Positions 52,001 through 64,000 are shown, counted from the first letter of the stretch. The stretch: DNA of 64,000 nucleotides from Paraspadella gotoi (GCA_051294375.1 CM119267.1:20523476-20587475), one strand, 5' to 3'. Made by a program: numbers and translations. The notes: generated by a model from the sequence alone, not told the origin.

Positions 52001-55000
52001 GGAAAAGAGAGACCTACATATAATTAAAAGAGGAAAGAACGAGAGAAGGAGACATAAAAATAATAGAAGAAATTTTTTTGCTTTGATAAAACTTGATAAA
52101 ACAAAACATATTTAATAACTGTCCTCACCCAATTTCAAGGACCACGATGATGAGAAGCTGTATATAAATTTTCAGCTTCATACACTCAAATTTAATCATC
52201 AAAAAGGCGATTGATAAGTTGGAACGCCGACAACGACGACTACGCCACTTATGCGCAAAAGCGTTACAAGATCGTCGCAAACGCAAAGCGATTGAGACGA
52301 TGAAAAAAATGGAGAAAAAAAAAGAGCGGAGCAACAGTTAAGTTTCAACTAAGTCTCAGAATATTATCGAATATAAGGTTTTCTTCAGCAGCAAATGAAA
52401 CCGATGCAAAATTAAAATTTTGTTCCTCGCACGTTTATTGTTTAAATTTAAACAAATTACTTACCCAGCGGTTTGTACTGGTGATTGCTGGATAACATGG
52501 TGTTGCTGTTGAACGGCCGTTGAGCTCTGAAAAAATACCACAAACATTAGAGAGTTCAAACTTCAAAGATATTAAATTTCATTCTTAATTATTTCACTGT
52601 AATAAGATATGAAGAATTCTATGGTGATGACTATTTTTTTTGGTATAATTTCATCTTTCTTGTCGGAAATTACGATTTTTAATGTTTGTATCGTTTCCTT
52701 TCTTTTATTTTGTGTTTAAAAATTTGTGTACAAAGTAACAGTCTTTATTTTTCATTGAAAAACGGTTTAAAAATTAGATTGGGACATGTTTCGGTTTATT
52801 TTTTCAAACCTTCATCAGCGCATTTGACAAAATGTGAATTTGTTAGGGAGAATATGGAGAGAGAGAGAGAGAGGGAGAGAGAGAGAAAGAGAGAGAGAGA
52901 GATGTTAAAAATTGAGGGAAAGGACAGTGGTCAGAGGTGAGGACAGCTTCAGTAGGGTGTGTCAAAATCTAAAAGTTGTTCTGATCCTAATTTACATCCA
53001 ACACTATAGGAGGGCCAAAATAAATAGGTTTGCACGAATCGCCATTCAAATTGGTCTAACACCCTTAAGTCTACACTTGCTTAAAGACATTTTAGCAAAA
53101 CTTTCATATCATAAGTCACTGTGTCAAAAGTATGAGAGATTTTGATATCTACCTTAATTTATTAATTGAGGTAATCTGTTAACTATATTAAAATTTTATT
53201 TATATCTAGCGGCTTAAGTTAAGTTATTTTCATATTATTTAAACTAAATAAAACTTTTATAAAATTTTAATAATTTGAGTTTCTCATACTCTACAATGTT
53301 TGCGCCGTTTTAATAACACCTTATATGCTTCAAAAATCGCCGTTTCCGACCAGGAAGATAAAATTATATATAAAAATATATAATATATATATAAACAATG
53401 TCGGATCTGCCCACGATCATTATCAGTAATTATTTAAAAATTAAATAATTTAAGTTAATTAATTAAATAAGAAATTAGTTAATTAATTTGATCCCAAATG
53501 TTTGTTTTAGGTCTTTTTGTCATTAACCACGTCAAAAGCAATGAGTCATTGACAACGATGAGAATAATGCCGATAACGATTGACTTCATTGATTAACTGA
53601 TTAATTAATTATTGATTATGAATTGACTAATTGATTAAGTAATGGACTAAATGATTAATTAACTGAGTAATTTTTTGATAAATTAATACATCTTGCATTT
53701 ACATTTAATATAAAAAAAAGTAGCATAATCAATAAGTGAAACAAGTTTTTTGTTTTTTCTATTTCAACTCATTTCCACTCGAACGATTCCATCGAAATTT
53801 GATTTCAAGCTTAATCACACACTTTCCTACCCACATACAAAATTTCAGGTCAATCGCCCCATCCACTCATGAGAAATTGGTGTTCAAATAGTGAAATATA
53901 TTTTTTTGTTTTTTCCATTTAAACTCATTTCCACTCGGACGATTCCATCGAAACTTCATATCCAGCTCAATAACACACTTCCCTACCCACACACAAAATT
54001 TCATTCCAATCCATCAATCCAATCACGAGTAATTGGTGTTTTTTTCTAAGGTGGGAAGGGCGGACGGACAGACAGACGGACATCTTTTTTTTGCATAATT
54101 TATCATAATTCGATGTTCTGACATGATATAAGTGAATGCCCGACAAGATTGAAGGGGCGGACCGACAAAGTGAATTATAGAGTCGGGATCTGCGGATAAG
54201 CAGATACGACTAAAAAATAGCTATAGTCGAATTCTTCAGACCTTATTGCATTAAAATAATTATGAATGGAATTAAATATCTTATTTTTTTTTTATCTTTG
54301 AATGCTCTAATAAACATGTTCTTTTCTTCAGATACACCAAGTGCTGATTGTGCTGTTGTAACCGGAAATGACCTGCGAAGAAGCCGCAAGAGGCGCTGGA
54401 TTGCGCCAGGATACGTTGGCGGTGACGACGTTGGCAGTCGCCGAGATGACGGGCGGCGGTCGGGGAGCTTGCGGTTGCATCGCCGGTCGCGTTTGAACCA
54501 TCCTTTGCGGCTGAAGTTGAGTCTGTGGCATCTGGATATGACTGTGCGGGATCTGTGGCAGTTGCGAGATCTGGTGAATTTGTTGCAGCTGTGGTTGTTG
54601 TTGTTGAGGCTGTTGCTGTATCAACTGATGTCGGAACTGTTGAAACTGTTGTTGAAACTGTTGTGGCAAAATTTGCTGCTGAATTTGGGGTTGTTGTGGC
54701 TGTTGCTGGTGCAACTGTTGTGGAGACTGAATCTGTGGTTGCAGCTGCTGTTGCGGTGACTGTTGCTGCTGTAGTTGCAATCCCAAGCTCTGGCTGGGAT
54801 GCAACACAGAGGTGGAGGCACCAACTGTTCCTTGAGACATCCCGACAACACTGAAGCAAAGTTGAACAAATTTTTTTTAGAAAGATAGATTAAAGGAAAA
54901 GGGAAAGCGAAATTTAATTTAATGATATAATTTTAAATGAGATGAAGTCATTTACGTAAGGGACGAGGTCTTGATATAATTTTAAATGAGAACTTAATGA

Positions 55001-56465
55001 GAACTTAATTCTATTCGTTAAAATGAGTGAGTGAGAGAGAGAAAAATAAAGAAATATCCTTAGAAACTCACGCTTGCGAGTTGGAGATTTCCGTTCCGGT
55101 TATCGACGTAGGTTGTTGAACGTTCATCCCTGAGTAAAAAAAATGGGAGTTCCGGGTGAAAAAATACAACTGTAAAACCAAACCCGACTCACCCGCACGA
55201 AATCGGATCAAGGTGCGTTGTTGAAGATCGCCGTGCGTGGAACCGAGGGTAATTTCTTGAACCGATCCTGGTAACGACAGCGTCTGAACCTGGACGAAAT
55301 TATGTTATTAATATTATTCATTAAAATGACTAAGTTAAGCTTTTATATGTCCATAAAACTTTATGAAAAATTGCAAGATTACTAGTTTTACTATAAATTT
55401 AAAAATAAATGTAAAATCTAAATATATTTCACTACATATTTGATCATCTTTTATATGTAATTTTCATATTTTTAATTGAATACATTTATTATTTATTTTT
55501 TAATATTTTTTCTACATGTTTTTAATCATTTTGGAGGTCATCGATTGAGATCCTATATTTGTAGCAGATAGGCAGGCCATCACCAAATGGTGATCCTCTA
55601 AATTATTTTGTTTCGAGAATTTCCTTTCGTTTCGTTGTTTGAATTAGTAGAAGTTTGAATTTGTTTACAACAACAATTTTATTGGTATATAGGGACGTAC
55701 AATAAAATAATAAAATCGTTGTTGTAAACAAATTCAAACTTCTTCTACTAATTCAAACAACGAAACGAAAGGAAATTCTCGAAACAAAATAATTTAGAGG
55801 ATCACCATTTGGTGATGCGCCTGCCTATTTGCTACAAATATAGGATCTCAATCGATGACCTCCAAAATGATTAAAAACATGTAGAAAAAATATTAAAAAA
55901 TAAATAAATGTACTCAATTAAAAATATGAAAATTACATTTAAAAGATGATCAAATATGTAGTATTTGTATTGGTATTGGTTGGTGTATATATATGTATGT
56001 ATATATATATATATGTATTGGTACATAGGGACGTACAATAAAATAATAAAATCGTTTGTTGTAAACAAATTCAAACTTCTTCTACTAATTATTTTGTTTT
56101 AAAAACAAAATTTTGAGGTAGGAACCGAGTAGTTCACCAAACTTCTTTTTAAAAAATATTATCAATTTTTGAGTTATTTTTTTATTTTTATTATTATTAT
56201 TATTTAATTTATTTTACTTTTTTTATATATATGAGGGGAAAAAAAGATTGCTCGCCTCATCCGAAAACGGTTGCGTCTGAGCGCCTATAAAATGAAGTTG
56301 CGGCCGCTGTTGCAGTTGTTGCTGCTGTTGATCGGCCACTTGAAATTGACCGTGCAGATGCGCCGGCTGTTGTTGCGGTTGATGTTGCTGTTGTTGCAAA
56401 GGAGACTGAACTACGTGCACGGTCCGCTGCTGCACAAGTTGGTTGTTCGGCAAAGGTTGCTGCAT
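40031..56465 (-). CDS. SENP6/7-type SUMO protease (peptidase C48) with a Gln-rich N-terminus and a very large insertion in the catalytic domain
   Basis: [67 protein letters not shown]|[40 protein letters not shown]. Upstream Gln-rich exons at 56465-56256, ~55289-55192, ~54851-54337 and ~49345-49118 splice plausibly; the 5' extent is less certain. Confidence 0.88.
50270..50493 (-). mobile_element. Candidate solo LTR (TGTT...AACA) in a SENP intron
   Basis: GC-rich 224-bp island in an AT-rich intron. The minus strand begins TGTTAGGGG and ends ..AGTAAACACG..TACCCAACA. I see no target-site duplication. Confidence 0.4.
50873..52307 (+). mobile_element. Two related hairpin-terminated repeats (50873-51043 and 52121-52307), Helentron/HINE-like
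   Basis: Both share atttcaaggacc..gatgagaa..aaattttcagcttcata, then aacgccgac(g/a)acgacgac, and end in the hairpin atcgtc(a/g)caaacgca..gcgattg(c/a)gacgat followed by an A-run. Confidence 0.6.
51395..51845. repeat. 18-bp purine-rich minisatellite (agaatagaaaggaaagaa), ~24 copies, intronic
   Basis: Directly visible; it produces the spurious RIERKE and SFLSIL ORFs. Confidence 0.95.
53736..54217 (+). mobile_element. DINE-1/HINE-like non-autonomous Helentron remnant
   Basis: Two ~155-bp tandem units (starting 53736 and 53891), a GGAC/AGAC microsatellite at 54060-54082, and a terminal hairpin agtcg..atctgc-ggataa-gcagat..cgact plus A-run at 54181-54217. Confidence 0.6.
55431..55962. repeat. Long near-perfect palindrome (~250-bp arms, ~25-bp loop) in SENP intron 1
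   Basis: 55431-55683 is the reverse complement of 55708-55962, with few mismatches. Confidence 0.95.
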
Positions 56466-56822
56466 GTTAGCGACCTTTCTATGCCTCTCGCCGGGTCAGA
56501 GTTTCAACGTCCGACCATAGTTTCGAAGCAATAAGAAACACGGAACAATCAACTGTCTCTTGGCTATGAAAGTTTTTTTTTCTCTTTCCTGCATTAATAA
56601 AAACTTGTTAAACGTCTTCGAAACAAGAAAATCATATTTCTGTCCCACTGTTTGAGAAAAACTCGCTCATTACGGGATAATCCTAAATCTGTCTTAACAT
56701 TCATCTCTGTCAACGCGTAAGTGACGACGTCGAAAATCATGGCAAGTTTTTATTAAATACAAAGATAAATCAATTAAACAAAAAAAGTTTCGATGACATA
56801 GAGAACTCGCCCTTTGTTTCGA

Positions 56823-57620
56823 TTAGTTGAGGCATTCGGGATAATCGCGAAGATAAGGAGGGATTTCGTCGCGGCGAATGACCTCGTAATTGACCCTAGA
56901 AAGTGAAGAAAATGATATTTGGGGATAGATCGCTCACGTAAATTATAACCAAGTTAAACCTGTATTTGTTATAGCGTGGTCCCCGTTCTATCATGTAAAT
57001 CTCTCTGCCCGCATTTGCCACGGAGGCGATCACAATGCAACAAATGCCAATCATTAACTCAGGAACCTGCGTGGGGTGAACGTAAAAAAAAAATTAACTT
57101 TGACGGTAAAACGCGATGTTTATAACTCAGAATAGAGGGAATCATTAATTTATATGGTCATTAGGACTAAATGTAAAATTTCATGAAATTCGATCGGGAA
57201 GTTTGGTGAGAACAGATTCTGGTCACAAAAAAGGGATACTTCATTTGATTATTTTTAAGGTACCCATTAAATATCAAGACTATTATAAACATTACGGCGC
57301 TCGCGATCCCGGTTCTCATTACATTTTCTCTCCCGACGTCTTCTCCCTCTCCGCTAGGTCGAGGAGGGGGTTCTTTATATTTTGACTTCATACTTCTTAT
57401 TTTTTATATTTTAGAGGGAGAGAGAGCGATTTACAATTATATCGTATCGTATTATATCGTATCAATCAATCATATCGTCTATAGGTCTATTACGTTGATG
57501 ATATTATCAATGTGGGTTGAACTGTCCCGGAACAACGGAAAAGACCTGAATCCACCCGCTCCTCCACAAGGCACCGATGCTTCGGTCCAGGGACTTATAG
57601 CCCGCGCGGGCGAACACCAT
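56823..57620 (-). CDS. 84-aa single-TM protein, NDUFA3 (complex I B9)-like; exons 57620-57546, 57066-56960, 56895-56823
   Basis: Spliced product MVFARAGYKSLDRSIGALWRSGWIQVPELMIGICCIVIASVANAGREIYMIERGPRYNKYRVNYEVIRRDEIPPYLRDYPECLN*. GT-AG junctions are in frame, with AATAAA about 70 nt after the stop. The W-x2-[IV]P-TM-..Y[KR]xxY.V.R.D pattern recalls insect NDUFA3. Confidence 0.7.
57171..57245 (-). mobile_element. Degenerate terminal fragment of the 4348-5069 MITE family
   Basis: atgtaaaatttcatgaaattcgatcgggaagtttggtgagaacagattctggtcacaaaaaaggg matches the reverse complement of ~4376-4442. Confidence 0.75.
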
Positions 57621-58584
57621 TATTTACGCCTCTGTCGTCGCCGTTGATGAAAGTTATCGCATCGGTCGGTGCCGTTGGCGAAAGAGAATCTACTCAGTTA
57701 ATTTCTAAGAAATAAAAAGAAAAAATGCAATAACCCTTCGACGAACTGAATTCGGTCATCATCTCATTCGAGACATCGAAATCATATTTCAATTGGGGAA
57801 TAAACAAAAATCGACAGTCCTCTCGTCCTCAAGGAAAACAACGAGCGTCGGAGGCAGACATTACTCCACTCTTCCTCTCTCTCAATCTCTCTCCTGTCTC
57901 GCTCTCGCGAGATCATCGAGTCGAGAAAGGACTCGCTCTCATCGATTCGCTTTGTTCTTTTATTCAGCGTCCATTGGATGAATTATGCAAATCAACGTCT
58001 GGAGGACGAATTGGGAATCGCGCAGCACTTTTTTTGGACAATTGAACGGTATTTCATTACATTCTTATATAACTATAAGCGGTAATCTGTCATTTGAAAA
58101 TTATTACACTTAATTCGCAATTGCTATAGAATATATATTTAACATGTGTCCAAGACGCTAAATAGCTAGATAAACTAAACAGTTATGCTTTACTCGTTAC
58201 CTACTTCAAAATAGCTTTATTTATAAAAAATACTAATTTTTAGTTTGTATAATTTGTCAGAAAAAAAACAGAACAACAGTTATTCAGATAAAACATCAGA
58301 CCAGAGCAAACAAAGGATAGCAATAACAAAATTGTTCTCGACTAAAAAAATTCAGCTCAGTCGACAAAACAAATTTGATAATAAATAATGACGGTGAAAA
58401 AAAAAGGTTTGTAATGAAAGCTGTATGACCTTAATCTAACAACAATGCTATTCAGGAACGATAAAAACAGCAATGACAACAAAAACAAAAGTAAGACAAA
58501 GAAAAACCAACTTACATCTTCCTAATCCCCCCACCCTATTAATGATAAAAGATCCTCCCTCGCACGCACATTCCCGCCCCTGCA

Positions 58585-61500
58585 TCATCCAGCTCCCGCT
58601 TCGGACTGTGCCCCACCGGCATCGACCGGGAGCCCAGCGGCAACTGCCGTCCTCACAGTGGCGTCCCCCGGCGCCCCAGAGGCGTCGGCCACCATGTAGA
58701 CGTAAATGTATCTGGGACTGGGATCTCCCTCGCTCGTTGAGTGAAAAACCAACTGGCCGAGGGTAAGCTTGCGACTCTCTTCGACCGAGAGAGGGATGAG
58801 TTGTCGCGAAGGCGGCGGTGGGGTCTCCACGTTACCCTCCTCGCCGACGAGCGTGCCCACGAACTGCAGACAGTAAATGGGCGAGATCGCGTCGCCAGAG
58901 TCGGCCGTCGCGGCGCTGCCGGGGACGACGGTGAACGATGTAGTCTCGGCGACATTCGGAATATTGGAAGAGCTCGATCGGTCGCTGGGGCCGGGATTGC
59001 CGGCGTCGAAGGCGACGGCGCCGGAAAGGAGGCCGGAGGAGTGAGAAACTGGCGAATGGTCGCTCACGACGTCGTCATCGACGACCACGACGTCGTCTGT
59101 GCAATCGTCTTCCTCATCGTCGTCGTCGTCCTCTTCCTCAGATTCATCGTCTTCGGAATTGTCATCTAACAAATTGTAAAAAAATTGTTAATTATGAGGG
59201 TAGGGTGAGAAACGTTGAGCAATAAGAGGGGCTTAGAGGTCAGGTAGTGAGTTTGGGCTTGGCGGGATTAATCAAAGGAGGAATAAAAGATTTCACCATG
59301 GACCAACCTGGCATCTCATCAGACTCGTCCTCACGAGCCGCCGCCACCGAATCTTGGTCGTCGTCGTCATCCTCGAATTTGAAAACTTCCTCCTCGTCAA
59401 TTTCCTCGTCCTCGCTAGTCGACGACTTCCTCCTACGTCTCTTCCTCTTCTCCCTCCGATCCGGAGACCATGAATTCTTCCTCTCCCTCGACCGCGGGAT
59501 GCGCTGAGAATCGGAGGGGCGCGCTCGTCCCTTGACTGGCCTTTGCTTTTCCGAGGCGGATAGAGCAGAGGGCTTTCGATGGCGCGGGGGCATTGGCGAA
59601 GATATGAGGGGCTTGGTCGGTACCTGCGATAAGGGTCGAAGAGCAAGGTGGTCGACGTTAGCGCTCAGGGCAATTATGTAAAATTTAATTATAAGATATT
59701 ATATATTAGAATTATGATCTTGTGGCGGTATATTCACACCGCCTCACGTCCACCATTGTTCAGCCAAATCCATTGGCTTGGAGGGGGAACACACCATCCC
59801 AAGTGTAGTGTTCCATCCACAGTCCTAACGACTTCCCTCTGTGTTGGCAAAGCTAGACCGTCCTCGGGTAACCGCGCCAGTGACAGGAGGCGTCACTGAG
59901 GGTCGGAAGCCCCCAAAGCCAACAGTGAGATGCCCCATCCCAATGAGCATCACAGGCAACCCGGCTGTTGCCATAATCTCTTACTTTGGCGCTGAGATTC
60001 TCGATAAAATTGTTGAAATTTTGAGAGGCATAAGCTCCGACCCCGCCTCCCGAAGAAACGAGCGAACGATGCTGCAGCAATCTTTGCGGCCGTATCTGTT
60101 GCAACTGCGATAAGCTTTTTAGCTGCCACAGCGGCGATTCGGAAGTTGGGACGGCTTTTTGGACGGGAGCGACTAATGGGGTTGCAGATAACTTGGAGGC
60201 GGAATCGATTTGACTGAAAGAAAAATGAGAAAAATAGTGAATAAAATATTTAATCATTTCAAAAAAATCGTTTCAAAAAACCTCTCCTAGTAAGAGTTAC
60301 TTTTGCTTAATTTCAAGCGAGATTGAATACCTCATTCTCATTTCAATATTGTAGCATTTGAGATTATATCTTATCTTGTGATTCGGTTTTTTTTCAGATC
60401 TTTATTTTATTATTTCAATCATAGTCTTAACAAGGTTTAGAGTTTAATAAATATTTCAGGTTTACAATGTATTTTTGTTATTATGAAAAAAAGTTTGATC
60501 ATCCTCCAACCCCATAAAAAATTTTGTAAAACATCCACCTGAAACTCCAGGTTCTGCCAATAGTAGCGGAAAGGTCGACCATCTCCTTCGAAACCTCGAT
60601 CGCTTTCGAGGCGGAGGACAGGCGCGCTCCGTCTATCTCCACAGAATCGTCGCGCTCAGATTCGACCGTAGACGATTCTCGAGAACCTTGCAGGGCGAGT
60701 AGAAATGAGAATTTTCATTCATCCAAGAGTTGTTATAACTCTTAACTGACTGAATAGGATTAGTTAGAAAATTCCCTGACGTTTATGTTCCTATATAGCA
60801 AATTGATAATACTTTTCATCATAGCAACTAGTGCGCTTGCCTTCTTTGATATGGACTAGTTATTAGAATAATTTCTTGGGAGCATGTAAAAATGTTTTCA
60901 TTAATATATTTGATGGTTTAGTGTTGTCAGATCCTTGTTCTTTTCTATTTTTTTATAATAAAATTTTTATTTTCTGTAAGTTTATCTAGAAAAAATATAA
61001 AATGAAAAAGGGCTGTCATTGTGGTTGTGAAAAAGCTTTTGAAATTCTGATTGCTCAGGCTCATACTTTAATGTAAGATGAACCAAAATTTTTCAACATT
61101 TAATTTTTTAATAAAAATATATCTTATAACAAAAGGACATTTTCAAATGCAAAAAAAAAAATTCTTTTTTGAAATTCGATGATGCCATTGCTGAGCACAT
61201 AACTAAGAAAGTAAGAAAGCTGGACGAATGTGAGTTGAAAAATATAAAACGTCAGCGATTTTTCTACCAGAGTGCAAAATCTGAAAATCTTCATTTTACT
61301 CCCATTTGAAATCCGTGTATATAAATGACATTATTTCGAGCCACCTGCTTCCGAGCTTCTGTTCCGCAAACGGCTGGCAAGGTTAACGAGCAACGCTTTG
61401 CTCGGCGCAGGCGGTGCTGAAACTTTTTGCGCTTCTGGCGGCCTCGGGGGTTGACGAGGCGTTCCAACCACGACGGCCGTGGCGACGCCCGACTTGCGCC

Positions 61501-64000
61501 ATTCGAGGACGTTCTGTTGGGGCGACCGAAACGCTTCCGTCGAGACGTCGAATCGTGATCGACGCGGTTTTTTGGTTGGGGACCCGATTCGCGAGAATTT
61601 GAATACTTTGCCAGGCCCTCCATCTTCCGACGAAGCTTCAGCGTCGGATGAGGATCGAAGACGTCGTAATCGGTGCGTCGGTCCAGGTGTTCGTGTTCGC
61701 ATTCGACCGCGAGAACGGCCTCGCGGCCGACCACGAGGTAAAGAGACCGACGGCGGATCGGGCGATCCTTTTGGGGGAGAACCGGTTAAGCTGCAGGCCA
61801 AACTTCCGGAAAGGCTATCGGGAGATTGAAACGCCAACTTGAAGCCGGAACGTGAGCCTCGAGAGCCTCGAGAGCCTCGAGAGCCTCGAGAGCCACGCGA
61901 GCGACCTCGAGGCCGTCCGTGAGAGTCACCGCGAGGGCGTCCCCGAGGACGTCCTCGAGGGCGGCCGCGGGGACGTTCGTAAGCTCCGGGCGTCGTTTTC
62001 AGTTGAGTCAAGGTCGAGGTTGGCGACTTTGTTGGTGACTCGTTGGTGCCGAATCGATGCGGAGATGGGGATTTATTCACTGAAATTAAATTTTCTCGAT
62101 TCGGGGACGGAGTACAATCTCTCGGGGTTTTAGAACTAGTTTTATTTTTAAAAGACTTCGTCGGAGAAGGCTCGATCATTTCAATGTGTTCATTATTCGT
62201 CGTAGATTCATTCGACGACATAATTTCTTCCGATGTCGACGTTCGCGGTGTAGCACCACCAAGCGTGGTCCAAGAAGTCTGAAGCCGACAGAGGCCCACG
62301 TCGGTGTCGTCGACGAAAAGTAGAATAATGCGTCTTTTGTGGGAGACGACGGTGGAAGGGTCCAATGTCGAACGCATCGACGGACGGTTTTCCAGAGATG
62401 GAGGAAGCGGAGAGGATGAGATCGTATTCGAGGTCGACTTTGTAGACGGTAAAACTGGAAACGTAGTAGTTGCTAATAGGGGTCGTTTAGCGGGGAGTCC
62501 GCCGAGCGCTTTTGCTCCAATTAGTCTCGTAGTCCCTTTTCCAGCCCAGGAAACCCGGCGACGAGGCGTCTTTTCTCTTCTCTTCGGAGTGGATGAGATG
62601 CTAGATCGAGATGTGAACGATTCTTCCGACGATGCTTTTTCGAAGCCGCTGGTTTTATTTTCGTTGGCCTCTTCTTCGCCGTGAGCAGGAGCAACTTCCG
62701 AAGAACTCGAAACCAAAAACGGCTTCTTTCGTTTCGCCGTTTCAACCCCGTTGTTAATATTGAGAGAATATTTTCGTTTTTTCCTAGAATTCTCTGAAAG
62801 GAGGGAGGAGTCATTTGGTCGAATTTCTCCCGTCGCGGTTCCCGGGTTCTCGATGATGGCAACGTCGTCGTTGGACGCCATAACTGTCGCCGCTTCGATG
62901 TTTTCCTGTTCGTCTTTCTTAGAAGTCAATTTCTCCGCGCTTCGACCAACATCTTTCTCGACTACACTGGATTCGCTCATGTCAAACGCCTCGTCCACCA
63001 ACTCTTCGTCGTCCTCCGAAATTGAACTCGTGTCGGAGACCTCTAGATCATCATTGGCGTCGCTGATCGAACGTCCTCGTCGCCGCACCGAGATGATTTG
63101 CACGTCGTCATCCGCGTCGATGACGATGACGGGCTGTTCGACAGTAGTTGCACACAATTCCTCGGTTTGTAGACACGGATCGGGATTCTCGATTGTTTTT
63201 GGAAAAACGCCGGACGATCCTTCGACGTCCACGCTATCGGCGCTGCGATTTAGCTCCTCGTTCTCATCCTCTTCTTCGCTTATTGTTCGACTCATCTCGT
63301 CCGTTTTTTTCCGTAAAAGCTCCAACTTTTGGCGTAGGATCGAAAGTTGATTTCCGGGAATTTCAGGACCAGCTTCCGTCGTTCGCTCTTCTTCTGTTGG
63401 CGAGGCATCGTCGTCTTGCACGAGAACAACGTCGCTATCGTCCAGGCAGACGTCCGGCGATCCTCCTAAAATAGGACCTGAAGGGCACCGCGACGAAGGT
63501 GACTCTGAGCCGCAGTCTCGATCGAGGGGGTCCGATCTTTCATCGTAAATACCTCCCAACGTTTCAAAGTCTTCCGTCTCCTTTCGCCGCCGCTTTCTCC
63601 GTGAGGGAGACTTGGAGCCCACCGAGTCATCGGAACAGCTAGAATGACTAATTTGAATCCCGCTGACGGAGGGAAAGTTTGACCAACGGTTTGTGACAAG
63701 CTTTACGGTCGGCAAGCAATTCCTCCCATGCTGCCCGGAGAACTGTCTTTTTGCTCGAGGTGATGCCATCGGAGATTTTGTCAATGAAGCCTTTGGAGAT
63801 TTTATTAATGATGACGTTGGTGATGAAGACAATGACTTTGGCAAAGATGCAGTTGGTGATTTTATCAAAGATACTGTTGGTAATTTTGTTAAAGATGGCG
63901 TCGGTGATTTTATCAGTGGTATCGATGAATTTCTTCGAGTTGTGTCGGGTGAAAAAGTTGTGTGCGATGACTTCGGAGATCTAGTCGACGATGAGGTCAG
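58585..64000 (-). CDS. Large Ser/Thr/Pro/acidic low-complexity protein with multiple AT-hook-like RGRP motifs; 5' end outside the window
   Basis: Frame is open from 64000 to ~61345, with further exons at about 60690-60538, 60212-59739, 59623-59297 and 59166-58585. Contains RPRGRPRGRPRGRPRG, PRGRPRGRSRG, basic NLS-like tracts and KSPT repeats. Confidence 0.7.

Noticed and set aside
51318-52115. 265-aa RIERKE ORF and the antisense SFLSIL ORF
   Set aside because: Both are by-products of a stop-free 18-bp minisatellite inside a SENP intron.
52953-53323. Possible TA-flanked MITE (TAGGGTGTGTCAAAA ... TTTTAATAACACCTTA)
   Set aside because: The terminal match is short and imperfect and I could not extend it.
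33224-56682. GGAT(A/T)ATCC motif upstream of three genes (~33224, ~39325, ~56674)
   Set aside because: Variable distance to the ATGs and too few occurrences to separate from chance.
174-63984. Numerous plus-strand ORFs in the track
   Set aside because: Nearly all are antisense shadows of GC-rich minus-strand exons or repeats, with no recognisable motifs or splice structure.

Overview
This is gene-dense animal (invertebrate) genomic DNA with short introns, mostly 50-100 nt. It is not prokaryotic, so most short ORFs in the track are exon fragments or shadow frames. By manual splicing I find 12 distinct protein-coding genes, all on the minus strand. In transcription order (right to left) they are: a large AT-hook/low-complexity protein running off the window, a small NDUFA3-like gene absent from the ORF track, SENP6/7-like SUMO protease, TPR-less KDM6/UTX demethylase, a papain-like-peptidase + SF1-helicase fusion gene, a kainate-type glutamate receptor, SLC15A4-like transporter, cystinosin-2, a Ly6/hevein mucin nested in the last intron of cystinosin-2, SDR39U1, cystinosin-1, and an ataxin-10-like gene. 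About 1380-5340 is repeated at about 5720-9765 between N gaps, probably an assembly or haplotype artefact. The most notable points: a foldback transposon that appears to be spliced out as an in-frame intron of the peptidase-helicase gene; a same-strand 4.8-kb mucin gene inside a cystinosin intron, starting about 100 nt after the host donor; operon-like spacing with orphan splice acceptors; a genomically encoded Arg plus a 2-aa insertion at the iGluR Q/R site; and a roughly 900-aa insertion splitting the SENP catalytic triad. All family assignments come from recalled motifs, not database searches.
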